Source of the DNA: Anaerotignum sp.
GTDB taxonomy: Bacteria > Bacillota > Clostridia > Lachnospirales > Anaerotignaceae
Assembly: GCA_045122575.1 (NCBI GenBank)
Contig: JBGVHV010000106.1
Direction: 5' to 3' (one strand)
Length of the DNA: 51,789 nt
This document shows positions 19,591 to 28,596 of this stretch, in pieces (positions within the stretch are counted from its first letter, which is position 1; each line of letters opens with the position of its first letter). The notes below the pieces were generated by a model that was given only the letters and a program-made list of their open reading frames with translations, was not told where the DNA came from and made no database searches. Position numbers and translations under genes: made by a program.

Positions 19591-20008
19591 AACGAAAAAA
19601 TGTACAGCGGCTAAACGATTAAACAGTTGGAAAAAGGCGGATTTACAGGAAAAACTGTATACAGTGGGGAAAAAGGGGAAAAGCATATTCTGTACGATAT
19701 TGCATATAATTTAACAAAGTAAGGGGCAGAAAGGGGGAGGAAGGAAACCCTTCAATGCCGATAGGATTAAATTTAGGGGGAGCGGGAGGAAATGCCGGTT
19801 TTGGAATTTATACGAAAATTGGGGCTTGCGCGAGTGTATTTTACAAAAACGAAAGAAAAAATAAGAAAAAATAAGACTCTTTTTACAAAGGTGATTGAAA
19901 AATAGGTAGCATGCGAAATGATTTGTATACAAAAAAGTGGTTTTTTTGTATGTTGGGGCGATTTTTGACACTTTTTCCAAAATAAAAATAAATTTTTAAC
20001 AATTTGGG

Positions 20009-20037
20009 TTGAAATGTCAAAACATTGATGTTATAAT
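20009..20037 (+). promoter_or_regulatory. SigA promoter of lcdCAB-pct
   Basis: TTGAAA-17 nt-TATAAT with an extended -10 TG. Confidence 0.7.
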
Positions 20038-20242
20038 CAAGGCAGTACAGAAGGACTATGTCTGAATACCTGTGCTGATGAATGACTGAACTTATATTCA
20101 GAAAGGGAAGGATATAGGTTTTTTATCATGTCGTTCAACGGGTGATTCGCAAAAAGGCAACACGGGGACAGCGGATCACGCCCAACATTCTTCATGATTG
20201 TTTATCGCATGGTCAAATATACGATAGAGGAGGGAAACGAGG

Positions 20243-21019
20243 ATGTATACAATGGGCATTGACGTCGGCTCCGCTTCTTCCAAGGTAGTTATCTTGAAAG
20301 ACGGTAAAGACATCGTTGCGGCAGAGGTTGTACAGGTTGGTACAGGCTCTACAGGTCCCAAGAAAGCAATCGAAGCAGCTTTCGAAGCAAGTGGTCTGAA
20401 ACAGGAAGACATTGCTTTCACAGTTGCTACGGGCTATGGCAGATTCTCTCTGGATGCTGACAAACAGTTCTCCGAGATCAGCTGCCATGCAAAAGGTATT
20501 TTCTTTTTGGTACCCACTGCACGTACGATCATTGATATCGGCGGTCAGGACGCGAAAGCGATCCGACTGGATAACAAGGGTGGTATCAAGCAGTTTTTTA
20601 TGAACGATAAATGTGCGGCAGGTACAGGTCGTTTCATTGAGGTTATGGCCAGAGTTCTGGAAACAACACTGGATGAAATGGCTGCACTGGACGAACTCGC
20701 AACAGAAACAGCACCTATCAGCAGTACATGTACTGTATTCGCTGAATCTGAAGTTATTTCTCAGCTTTCTAAAGGGACAAGCAGAAATAACATTGCAAAA
20801 GGGGTTCACATGTCCGTAGCTAGCAGAGCGTGCGGTCTCGCTTACAGAGGCGGCCTGGAAAAAGACGTTGTCTTCACAGGCGGCGTTGCAAAAAATGCAG
20901 GCGTAGTTAGAGCAGTTGCTAGCGTATTGAAAACAGATGTAATTGTGGCACCCAATCCACAAACAACAGGCGCTCTCGGTGCGGCACTTTTCGCATACGA
21001 AGCGGCAACAAAAAAATAA
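20243..21019 (+). CDS. lcdC: Activator (ATPase) of lactoyl-CoA dehydratase
   Basis: MGIDVGSASSK, ATGYGR, IDIGGQDAK, MNDKCAAGTGRF, SSTCTVFAESEVIS. Confidence 0.95.
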   Translation: MYTMGIDVGSASSKVVILKDGKDIVAAEVVQVGTGSTGPKKAIEAAFEASGLKQEDIAFTVATGYGRFSLDADKQFSEISCHAKGIFFLVPTARTIIDIGGQDAKAIRLDNKGGIKQFFMNDKCAAGTGRFIEVMARVLETTLDEMAALDELATETAPISSTCTVFAESEVISQLSKGTSRNNIAKGVHMSVASRACGLAYRGGLEKDVVFTGGVAKNAGVVRAVASVLKTDVIVAPNPQTTGALGAALFAYEAATKK

Positions 21020-21036
21020 AAGAAAGAGGGATTAGA

Positions 21037-22302
21037 ATGAGTTTAACACAAGGCATGACAGCAAAAAAATTGTTAGGCTACTACCAGAACAAAGCTGACC
21101 AGGACGCAAGAGAAGCTAAAGCAAGAGGCGACCTTGTTTGTTGGTCCGCATCCGTAGCTCCTTCCGAATTCTGCGTAACAATGGGTATCGCTATGATCTA
21201 CCCCGAAACACACGCAGCTGGTATCGGTGCTAGAAAAGGTGCTATCGATATGCTGGACGTTGCAACAAGAAAAGGTTACAACATTGACTGCTGTTCTTAT
21301 GGTAGAGTAAACATGGGTTACATGGAATGTCTGAAAGAAGCAGCTATCACAGGCGTTAAACCCGAAGTACTGGTTAACTCCCCCGCAGCTGATGTTCCCC
21401 TGCCCGACCTGGTAATTACATGTAACAACATTTGTAACACACTGCTGAAATGGTACGAAAACCTGGCTGCAGAACTGGATATCCCCTGCATCGTAATCGA
21501 CGTACCTTTCAACCACACAATGCCTATTCCCGAATATGCTAAAGCATATATCGCTGATCAGTTCAGAAACGCTATTTCTCAGCTGGAAGTAATCTGCGGC
21601 AGACCTTTCGACTGGAAAAAATTCAAAGAAGTTAAAGACCAGACACAGCGTTCCGTATACCACTGGAACAGAATCGCTGATATGGCTCAGTACAAACCCT
21701 CTCCTCTGAATGGTTTCGACCTGTTCAACTACATGGCTCTGATCGTAGCTTGCCGTTCCCTGGACTATGCTGAAATCACATTCAAAGCATTCGCAGATGA
21801 ACTGGAAGCTAACCTGAAAGCTGGCGTATATGCTTTCAAAGGCGCAGAAAAAACAAGATTCCAGTGGGAAGGTATCGCTGTATGGCCTCACCTGGGTCAC
21901 ACATTCAAAACAACAAAGAACCTGGGTGCTATTATGACAGGTACAGCATACCCCGCTCTGTGGGATCTGCACTATGATGCAAACGATGAATCCCTGCACT
22001 CCATGGCAGAAGCTTACACAAGAATCTACATCAACACATGCCTGTCCAACAAAGTTGAAGTTCTGCTGAACATCATGAACAAAGGCCAGATCGATGGTAC
22101 AATCTACCACCTGAACAGATCTTGTAAGCTGATGAGCTTCCTGAACGTAGAAACAGCTGAAATCATCAAAGGTATCAACGGCAAACCTTACGTATCCTTC
22201 GATGGTGACCAGACAGACCCTAACGTATTCTCCCCTGCACAGTACGAAACACGCGTACAGGCTCTGGTAGAAATGATGGAAGCAAACTTGGCAGCAGAAT
22301 AA
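21037..22302 (+). CDS. lcdA: Lactoyl-CoA dehydratase alpha subunit
   Basis: MSLTQGM..., YPETHAAGIGA, CCSYGRVN, CNNICNTLLKWYE, RSCKLMS, DGDQTDP; closely resembles A. propionicum LcdA as recalled. Confidence 0.95.
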   Translation: MSLTQGMTAKKLLGYYQNKADQDAREAKARGDLVCWSASVAPSEFCVTMGIAMIYPETHAAGIGARKGAIDMLDVATRKGYNIDCCSYGRVNMGYMECLKEAAITGVKPEVLVNSPAADVPLPDLVITCNNICNTLLKWYENLAAELDIPCIVIDVPFNHTMPIPEYAKAYIADQFRNAISQLEVICGRPFDWKKFKEVKDQTQRSVYHWNRIADMAQYKPSPLNGFDLFNYMALIVACRSLDYAEITFKAFADELEANLKAGVYAFKGAEKTRFQWEGIAVWPHLGHTFKTTKNLGAIMTGTAYPALWDLHYDANDESLHSMAEAYTRIYINTCLSNKVEVLLNIMNKGQIDGTIYHLNRSCKLMSFLNVETAEIIKGINGKPYVSFDGDQTDPNVFSPAQYETRVQALVEMMEANLAAE

Positions 22303-22320
22303 TTTGAGGAGGAGAAAACG

Positions 22321-23451
22321 ATGAGTAAAGTAGAAGCTATCTTATCCCAACTGAAAGATGTTGCAGCTAATCCTAAAAAAGCAATGGATGACTATAAAGC
22401 TGAAACAGGTAAAGGCGCTGTAGGTATCATGCCTATCTACGCTCCCGAAGAAATGGTACATGCAACAGGTTACCTGCCTATGGGTATCTGGGGTGCTCAG
22501 GGCAAACAGATCTCCAAAGCACGTACATACCTGCCCGCATTCGCATGCTCTATCATGCAGCAGGTTATGGAACTGCAGTGTGAAGGCGCTTATGATGAAC
22601 TGGCAGCAGTTCTGTTCTCCGTTCCTTGTGACACTCTGAAATGTCTGTCTCAGAAATGGAAAGGCGCTAACGCTGACAAAGTTATCGTATTCACACACCC
22701 TCAGAACAGAGGCCTGGAAGCAGCTAACAAATTCCTGGTAACAGAATACGAACTGGTTAAAGCTCAGCTGGAAGCATACCTGGGTGTTAAAATCACAAAC
22801 GCAGCTCTGGAAAACTCCATCGCTGTTTACAACGAAAACAGAGCAGTTATGCGTGAATTCGTTAAAGTAGCAGCTGACTACCCTCAGGTTATCAGCGCTG
22901 TTGACCGTCACGCTGTATTCAAAGCAAGACAGTTCATGCTGAAAGAAAAACACACAGCACTGGTGAAAGAACTGATCGCTGAAGTAAAAGCTATGCCCGT
23001 ACAGCCTTGGGATGGCAAAAAAGTTGTTGTTACAGGTATCATGCTGGAACCCAACCAGGTTCTGGAAATCTTCGACGAATTCAAACTGGCTATCGTTGAT
23101 GACGATCTGGCTCAGGAATCCAGACAGATCCGTGTTGACGTTCTGGATGGCGAAGAAGGCCCTCTGTACAGAATGGCAAAAGCATGGCAGCAGATGTATG
23201 GTTGCTCCGTTGCAACAGATACAAAGAAAGGCCGCGGCAAAATGCTGATCAACAAAACAATCGCTACAGGTGCTGACGCTGTAATCGTAGCTATGATGAA
23301 ATTCTGTGATCCCGAAGAATGGGATTACCCTGTAATGTACAGAGAATTCGAAGAAAAAGGCGTTAAAAACCTGATGATCGAAGTTGACCAGGAAGTTACA
23401 TCCTTCGAACAGGTTAAAACAAGACTGCAGTCCTTCGTAGAAATGCTGTAA
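22321..23451 (+). CDS. lcdB: Lactoyl-CoA dehydratase beta subunit
   Basis: VEAILSQLKDVAANPKKAM, YLPAFACS, PCDTLKC, DDDLAQESRQ, MKFCDPEEWDYP. Confidence 0.95.
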   Translation: MSKVEAILSQLKDVAANPKKAMDDYKAETGKGAVGIMPIYAPEEMVHATGYLPMGIWGAQGKQISKARTYLPAFACSIMQQVMELQCEGAYDELAAVLFSVPCDTLKCLSQKWKGANADKVIVFTHPQNRGLEAANKFLVTEYELVKAQLEAYLGVKITNAALENSIAVYNENRAVMREFVKVAADYPQVISAVDRHAVFKARQFMLKEKHTALVKELIAEVKAMPVQPWDGKKVVVTGIMLEPNQVLEIFDEFKLAIVDDDLAQESRQIRVDVLDGEEGPLYRMAKAWQQMYGCSVATDTKKGRGKMLINKTIATGADAVIVAMMKFCDPEEWDYPVMYREFEEKGVKNLMIEVDQEVTSFEQVKTRLQSFVEML

Positions 23452-23566
23452 TTTTTCCTACTGCATTTGCTTTGATGGAAATGTAATTTAACGGGGGTAG
23501 GAGACTACCCCTGTTCTTCTAATATTGTGAAGCAAAACAAGAAATTTTTATAGGAGGTCTAACATA

Positions 23567-25147
23567 ATGGCTAGACAGGTAAAAATTATTACTGCTGCTG
23601 AAGCTGCTGCGCTGATCAAAAACGGCGATACAGTTACAACTAGCGGTTTCGTAGCATCTGCTATTCCCGAAGCTCTGGACAGAGCTGTAGAAGAAAGATT
23701 CCTGGCAACAGGCGAACCCAGAGATCTGTTCTATGTATACTGCGGTTCTCAGGGTAACAAAGACGGTCGTGGTGCTGAACACTTCGCACACGAAGGTCTG
23801 CTGAAAAGATTCATGGCTGGTCACTGGGCAACAATCCCCGCTATGCAGAAACTGGCTCTGGACAACAAAATCGAAGCTTACAACGTATCTCAGGGTGCTC
23901 TGTGCCACCTGTTCAGAGATATCGCTGCTCATAGACCCGGCTACCTGACAAAAGTAGGTATGGGTACATTTATTGACCCCAGAAACGGTGGCGGTAAAGT
24001 AAACGCAAAAACAACAGAAGATTACATCAAACTGGTTAACTTCGAAGGCGAAGACTATCTGTACTACCCTGCATTCCCTATCAATGTAGCTATGATTAGA
24101 GGTACATACGCTGATGAAGCTGGTAACATTTCCTTCGAAAAAGAAGTTTCTCCTCTGGAAGGTACATCCGTATGTCAGGCTGTTAAAAACAGCGGCGGTA
24201 TCGTTATCGTTCAGGTAGAAAAAGTTGTTAAAGCTGGTACACTGGATCCTCGTCTGGTTAAAGTTCCCGGTATCTATGTTGACTACGTAGTAGTTGCTGA
24301 TCCTAAAGATCACCAGCAGACATTGGATTGTGATTACGATCCCGCTCTGTCCGGTGAAATGAGAAACCCTGACGTTGCTCCCGCTCCTCTGCCTCTGGAC
24401 GCTAAGAAAATCATCGGTCGTCGTGGCGCTCTGGAACTGGAAAAAGACGTTGCAGTTAACCTGGGCGTAGGTGCTCCTGAATATGTTGCTTCCGTAGCAA
24501 ACGAAGAAGGCATCGGCGACTTCATGACACTGACAGTAGAAGGCGGCGCTGTTGGCGGCGTACCCGCTGGCGGTATCAGATTCGGTGCTGCTTACAATGC
24601 AGACGCACTGCTGGATCAGGGCTACCAGTTCGACTTCTATGATGGCGGCGGTCTGGATCTGTGCTACCTGGGTCTGGCTGAATGTGACCCTAAAGGTTGC
24701 ATCAACGTTTCCAGATTCGGTCCTCGTATCGCTGGTTGCGGTGGTTTCATCAACATCACACAGTGCACACCTAAAGTATTCTTCTGCGGTACATTTACAG
24801 CAGGCGGTCTGAAAGTTAAAGTTGAAGACGGCAAAGTTGTAATCGTACAGGAAGGTAGACAGAAAAAATTCGTTAAATCTGTTGAACAGATCACATTCAA
24901 TGGCGACATCGCTAACGAACGTGGTCAGCAGGTTATGTACATGACAGAAAGATGCGTATTCGTTCTGAAAGAAGACGGCCTGCACCTGACAGAAATCGCT
25001 CCTGGTATCGATCTGCAGACACAGATCCTGGATCAGATGGAATTCGAACCTATCATCGATAGAGATGAAAACGGCGAAATCAAACTGATGCCTGCAGCTC
25101 TGTTCGCTCCCGAACTGATGGGTCTGAAAGAAATGAAACTGGGCTAA
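23567..25147 (+). CDS. pct: Propionate CoA-transferase
   Basis: GRGAEHFAHEGL, FIDPRNGGGK, VNLGVGAPEYVA, catalytic-Glu region TLTVEGG, FYDGGGLD, GCGGFINITQ. Confidence 0.95.
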   Translation: MARQVKIITAAEAAALIKNGDTVTTSGFVASAIPEALDRAVEERFLATGEPRDLFYVYCGSQGNKDGRGAEHFAHEGLLKRFMAGHWATIPAMQKLALDNKIEAYNVSQGALCHLFRDIAAHRPGYLTKVGMGTFIDPRNGGGKVNAKTTEDYIKLVNFEGEDYLYYPAFPINVAMIRGTYADEAGNISFEKEVSPLEGTSVCQAVKNSGGIVIVQVEKVVKAGTLDPRLVKVPGIYVDYVVVADPKDHQQTLDCDYDPALSGEMRNPDVAPAPLPLDAKKIIGRRGALELEKDVAVNLGVGAPEYVASVANEEGIGDFMTLTVEGGAVGGVPAGGIRFGAAYNADALLDQGYQFDFYDGGGLDLCYLGLAECDPKGCINVSRFGPRIAGCGGFINITQCTPKVFFCGTFTAGGLKVKVEDGKVVIVQEGRQKKFVKSVEQITFNGDIANERGQQVMYMTERCVFVLKEDGLHLTEIAPGIDLQTQILDQMEFEPIIDRDENGEIKLMPAALFAPELMGLKEMKLG

Positions 25148-25188
25148 TCTTTCGAGATTAACTGATTTCTGAATTTCATATAAAAAAT

Positions 25189-25223
25189 GGCTCCTGCCTT
25201 ATGGCAGGGGCCTTTCTTTATTT
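25189..25223 (+). terminator. Terminator of lcd-pct operon
   Basis: GGCTCCTGCC-ttat-GGCAGGGGCC followed by TTTCTTT. Confidence 0.8.
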
Positions 25224-25314
25224 TAACAAGTTTTTGTTCGTACGGAAAATGCGCGAAGGCGATATGACGGGTATAAAACCTTTGATATGAACCATACTAA
25301 TTCCAAAAGGAGGA

Positions 25315-25914
25315 ATGGATATGGATTTTAAACAAAGCGAAACAAAGGACAACCTGATGAGGGCCTTTGCGGGAGAAAGCCAGGCAAGAAACCGCTATAC
25401 CTTTGCGGCAGAGCAGGCAAAGGAACAGAAATTGCATGTGATCGAAGCAGTCTTCAAGTTTACCGCCGGTCAGGAGCAGGAGCATGCAGAGATTTTTTAT
25501 AACCATCTGAAAGAGCTGGCAGGGGAGAATGTGCATATCGATGGCAGCTATCCTGTAGATATTTATGAAACAGTGCTGGAAGTACTGCGGGCAGCGCAGC
25601 ATAATGAATACGAAGAGTATGATCCCGTTTATAAGGCCTTTGGTGATAAGGCTATGGAAGAAGGGTTTCCGAAGGTGGCAGCATCCTTTCATCATATTGC
25701 GAATATTGAAAAGGTTCACGGTGACCGCTTTGGAGAACTGGCGGATCTGCTGGAACAGAACAAATTGTTTATCAGTGATGTAGAATGTAAATGGATGTGT
25801 CTGAACTGCGGTTATGTGTATGAAGGCAAGAAGGCACCGGAGCAGTGTCCTGTCTGTCAGCATGAAAAAGGGTATTTTATCCGTCTGGAACTGGCGCCCT
25901 ATACAAAAGTATAA
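25315..25914 (+). CDS. rbr: Rubrerythrin
   Basis: NLMRAFAGESQARNRY, EQEHA, EKVHG, WMCLNCG...CPVC. Confidence 0.95.
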   Translation: MDMDFKQSETKDNLMRAFAGESQARNRYTFAAEQAKEQKLHVIEAVFKFTAGQEQEHAEIFYNHLKELAGENVHIDGSYPVDIYETVLEVLRAAQHNEYEEYDPVYKAFGDKAMEEGFPKVAASFHHIANIEKVHGDRFGELADLLEQNKLFISDVECKWMCLNCGYVYEGKKAPEQCPVCQHEKGYFIRLELAPYTKV

Positions 25915-25918
25915 AAAT

Positions 25919-25940
25919 AAGCCCCCATCAGGGGGCTTTT
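25919..25940. terminator. Bidirectional terminator rbr/DUF4317
   Basis: AAGCCCCC-atca-GGGGGCTTT between convergent genes. Confidence 0.7.
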
Positions 25941-25943
25941 CTG

Positions 25944-27173
25944 TTAGAAAGGAACATCGTTCAATTCGCTGCCATTGATAGTCGCGTGTTCATCTTCTTC
26001 CAATGGAATAACAATACATTTTTTACCGTCGATGATCTCTGTTTTGATCACGGGAAGTTTTTCAGGAGAAACCTGCAGGACGATTTCTTTTTCCGGAATT
26101 TCTGCAGGTGCTTCTTTTTCCTCCAGTTTTTGCTTCAGTGTTTCCACTTCCAGTGCCAGTGTTTCTGCTTTTTTCTGAGCAGCACGGGCAGACAGTGCTT
26201 TGTTATCGATCAGATTTTCTGCAAGGGGAGGGGCATCACCGAATTCCTCCTGACAGATTTCTTCTACTTTTGCAATGATGTCTTCGGAAAGCCCTTTATC
26301 AGTCATGGCTTCGCGGATCGAGGAAGAGGTCAGGAGAACAGGTTCGTTTTCAAATACATTTTTATGCTCGTCCACCATATCGCTCAGATTTTGTTGAATA
26401 TCCAGAATGATATCTTTTGCATCTTCCACTTCCGCAGAAATAACTTCCTTCAGAATAGCATGAAAAGCTTTTTTCTCTTCGGCTGCGGTACGTTTGGGTT
26501 CACAGCCCAGAACTTCCCGCATGAAATCGGGCTGTGCTTTTTTTGCATCTTTTACGAAATAACCCATAGCATTTACGTCGCTGCTTCTGTCAGAGAATGC
26601 AGGGAAGAGAAATCCTGTTTCCGGCACGGAAACCACCCAGTCACGGATACGAGGGGCGATCACGTTTTTGTCCTTATGATAGCCCAGACCTGCTTTAGTC
26701 AGTTCTACAGGGCAGATAGCACAGAGGATATATTCGTAAACCTCCTCCGACTCATCCAGTTTATTGTTGTCAGTTGTTTTGGTCATAACGTCATAAGCAT
26801 CATGGAAGAGCAGGATCAGATAATTGCCGGCATAGTCATATTCTTTGATGATACGTTCATAAAGAACATCTAACAGACCGTCCGCCTTCAGCCTGCTGTC
26901 TCGCAGACCCAGAAAGAATTTCTGCGCTTCGGTACCGGCTTCTTCCTTTAGGAAAGAAAGTTCCAGAAGATTATTGCCGATGGTACCGGAAAGGGCTTTC
27001 TTTGCAATTTCCAGATATTTATAAAATTCTTCCTCATCCAGATTCAGGAAGGTTTCATTTATATGTAATACGATATTTTTCTGGCTGTCTACATAGCAGC
27101 CACGCATTTTCGTAAACGTACAGCCATCTTTTTTCAGACGGCGTTTTAATTCAAGGATATCTTTTTTATTCAT
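25944..27173 (-). CDS. DUF4317-family protein
   Basis: MNKKDILELKRR, GCYVD, LSGTIGNNL, DESEEVYEYILCAICPV, GFLFPAFSDRS. Start at 27173 after GAAAGG. Confidence 0.85.
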   Translation of the reverse strand: MNKKDILELKRRLKKDGCTFTKMRGCYVDSQKNIVLHINETFLNLDEEEFYKYLEIAKKALSGTIGNNLLELSFLKEEAGTEAQKFFLGLRDSRLKADGLLDVLYERIIKEYDYAGNYLILLFHDAYDVMTKTTDNNKLDESEEVYEYILCAICPVELTKAGLGYHKDKNVIAPRIRDWVVSVPETGFLFPAFSDRSSDVNAMGYFVKDAKKAQPDFMREVLGCEPKRTAAEEKKAFHAILKEVISAEVEDAKDIILDIQQNLSDMVDEHKNVFENEPVLLTSSSIREAMTDKGLSEDIIAKVEEICQEEFGDAPPLAENLIDNKALSARAAQKKAETLALEVETLKQKLEEKEAPAEIPEKEIVLQVSPEKLPVIKTEIIDGKKCIVIPLEEDEHATINGSELNDVPF

Positions 27174-27328
27174 GGTGCGTTCCTTTCTTTGGTTAAAATC
27201 ATTCCAGAAAATATTATAATGATTTTTTTCTCTTCCTGCAAGGGCGGAAAAGGGATGGATTTGTCGGGTGGTTTCTCCATAAAAATCTTGCATTTTTGAG
27301 TGGGGTATATTATAATGTCTGTTGTTAA

Positions 27329-27401
27329 GCTGATATGGCTCAGTTGGTAGAGCAATTGATTCGTAATCAATAGGTCGCGGGTTCGAGTCCCGCTATCAGC
27401 T
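27329..27401 (+). tRNA. tRNA-Thr(CGT)
   Basis: Acceptor stem GCTGATA/TATCAGC; D-loop AGTTGGTA; anticodon arm ATTGA-TTCGTAA-TCAAT; T-loop TTCGAGT; CCA not encoded. Confidence 0.97.
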
Positions 27402-27403
27402 GT

Positions 27404-27437
27404 AAGCCCGAAGATTCAGGATCTTCGGGCTTTTTTT
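27404..27437 (+). terminator. Terminator after tRNA
   Basis: AAGCCCGAAGAT...ATCTTCGGGCTT followed by a T-tract. Confidence 0.85.
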
Positions 27438-27485
27438 GTGTAAAGAGTATCTCTGAGCTTTGTAAAATATAACGAACGGATGTTA

Positions 27486-27630
27486 TTGCATTATTTACAA
27501 TCGTATGTTATAATGTACAGGAAAGCGGAGTGATTATTTCATAAGGCTCACGGCTCGATCCTTATGTTTTTTCTTTTCCTTCCTCCGCTTTTTCCTAAGT
27601 AATTTCTATCGTTTTTTAGGAGGCAGTAAA
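27486..27630 (+). promoter_or_regulatory. SigA promoter plus ~110-nt structured leader of EamA gene 1
   Basis: TTGCAT-17 nt-TATAAT with extended -10; leader stems AGGAAAGCGGAG/CTCCGCTTTTTCCT and CATAAGG/CCTTATG. Confidence 0.55.
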
Positions 27631-28500
27631 ATGACTAGCAATAAGAAAAAAGTATTTGGTCTTGCGTTTATGACAGTGTTCCTTTGGGCATCTGCTTTCC
27701 CTTTGACAAAGGTTGCCCAGGAGCAGTTTACATCTATCCCTCTGGGCTTTCTGCGTTGTTCTGCGGCAGCAATTTTTCTATTGATCATTGGGAAGATGGC
27801 AAAAATCAGATTACCACAGAAGAAACATATTCCTCTGTTTTTTGTATCCGGCGGCCTTGGGTTTACCCTGTATATGATCACATTTAATACAGGTATTTTA
27901 ACGCTGACCTCTGCCACATCCAGTATTATCATTGCGGTTACCCCGATTTTGACAGCCGTGGTAGCATCGAAACTCTATCAGGAAAAGATCAAACCCATTG
28001 GCTGGTGCGCCATTGGTTCTGCTTTTATCGGCGTTCTGATCCTGCTGTTGTGGGAAGGTGTTTTTTCCATCAATATTGGCCTGATCTGGACATTGGGCGC
28101 ATCTCTGGTGTTCTGCGGTTATAATATTATGACAAGAAGACTGGGGGCTATGGGCTATAATGCGCTGGAAATAGTTACATACAGCATGATCTGCGGTGCG
28201 ATCTTGCTGGGCTTCTGGGCGGGAGAGGGCTTCCGTCAGCTTTCCGGTGCCAGCATGAGCCATATTGTTGCACTGATCTATCTGGGGGCGTTCCCCAGTG
28301 CCACAGCATATTTCCTGTGGGGCAAGGCCATGAGTTTTGCGGAAAGAACCAGTGAAGTAACGAACTTTATGTTTGTGACACCGCTGCTGTCTACGATCAT
28401 GGGATTTATCATTCTGAGGGAAGTGCCCAATGCGGGTACCTTTATCGGTGGTGCCATCATTATCAGCAGTATCGTTGTCTTCAACCTGAAAGGGAAATAA
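27631..28500 (+). CDS. EamA/DMT family transporter (paralog 1)
   Basis: About 10 TM segments; FLWASAFPLTK, TPILTA, AYFLWGKAM, PLLSTIMG..ILRE. Confidence 0.93.
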   Translation: MTSNKKKVFGLAFMTVFLWASAFPLTKVAQEQFTSIPLGFLRCSAAAIFLLIIGKMAKIRLPQKKHIPLFFVSGGLGFTLYMITFNTGILTLTSATSSIIIAVTPILTAVVASKLYQEKIKPIGWCAIGSAFIGVLILLLWEGVFSINIGLIWTLGASLVFCGYNIMTRRLGAMGYNALEIVTYSMICGAILLGFWAGEGFRQLSGASMSHIVALIYLGAFPSATAYFLWGKAMSFAERTSEVTNFMFVTPLLSTIMGFIILREVPNAGTFIGGAIIISSIVVFNLKGK

Positions 28501-28502
28501 AG

Positions 28503-28530
28503 AAAAAGGGAACCAAATGGTTCCTTTTTT
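28503..28530 (+). terminator. Terminator between the two EamA genes
   Basis: AAAAAGGGAACC-aaat-GGTTCCTTTTTT. Confidence 0.75.
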
Positions 28531-28596
28531 GTTGCTTTTTGTTGAAAAAAGGCGTATCTTGTTTGATGGAGAATCAAGAAGAAAAGAGATGAAAAC

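Noticed and set aside
19700..19717. Rex-like site TTGCATA-TAAT-TTAACAA upstream of lcd
   Set aside because: Three mismatches in one half-site, about 290 nt from the promoter, and in AT-rich background
20130..20185. c-di-GMP-I riboswitch in the lcdC leader (GCAAA/GGCAA words)
   Set aside because: Lacks the GNRA-capped P2 and receptor arrangement in the right order; kept only as an unclassified structured leader
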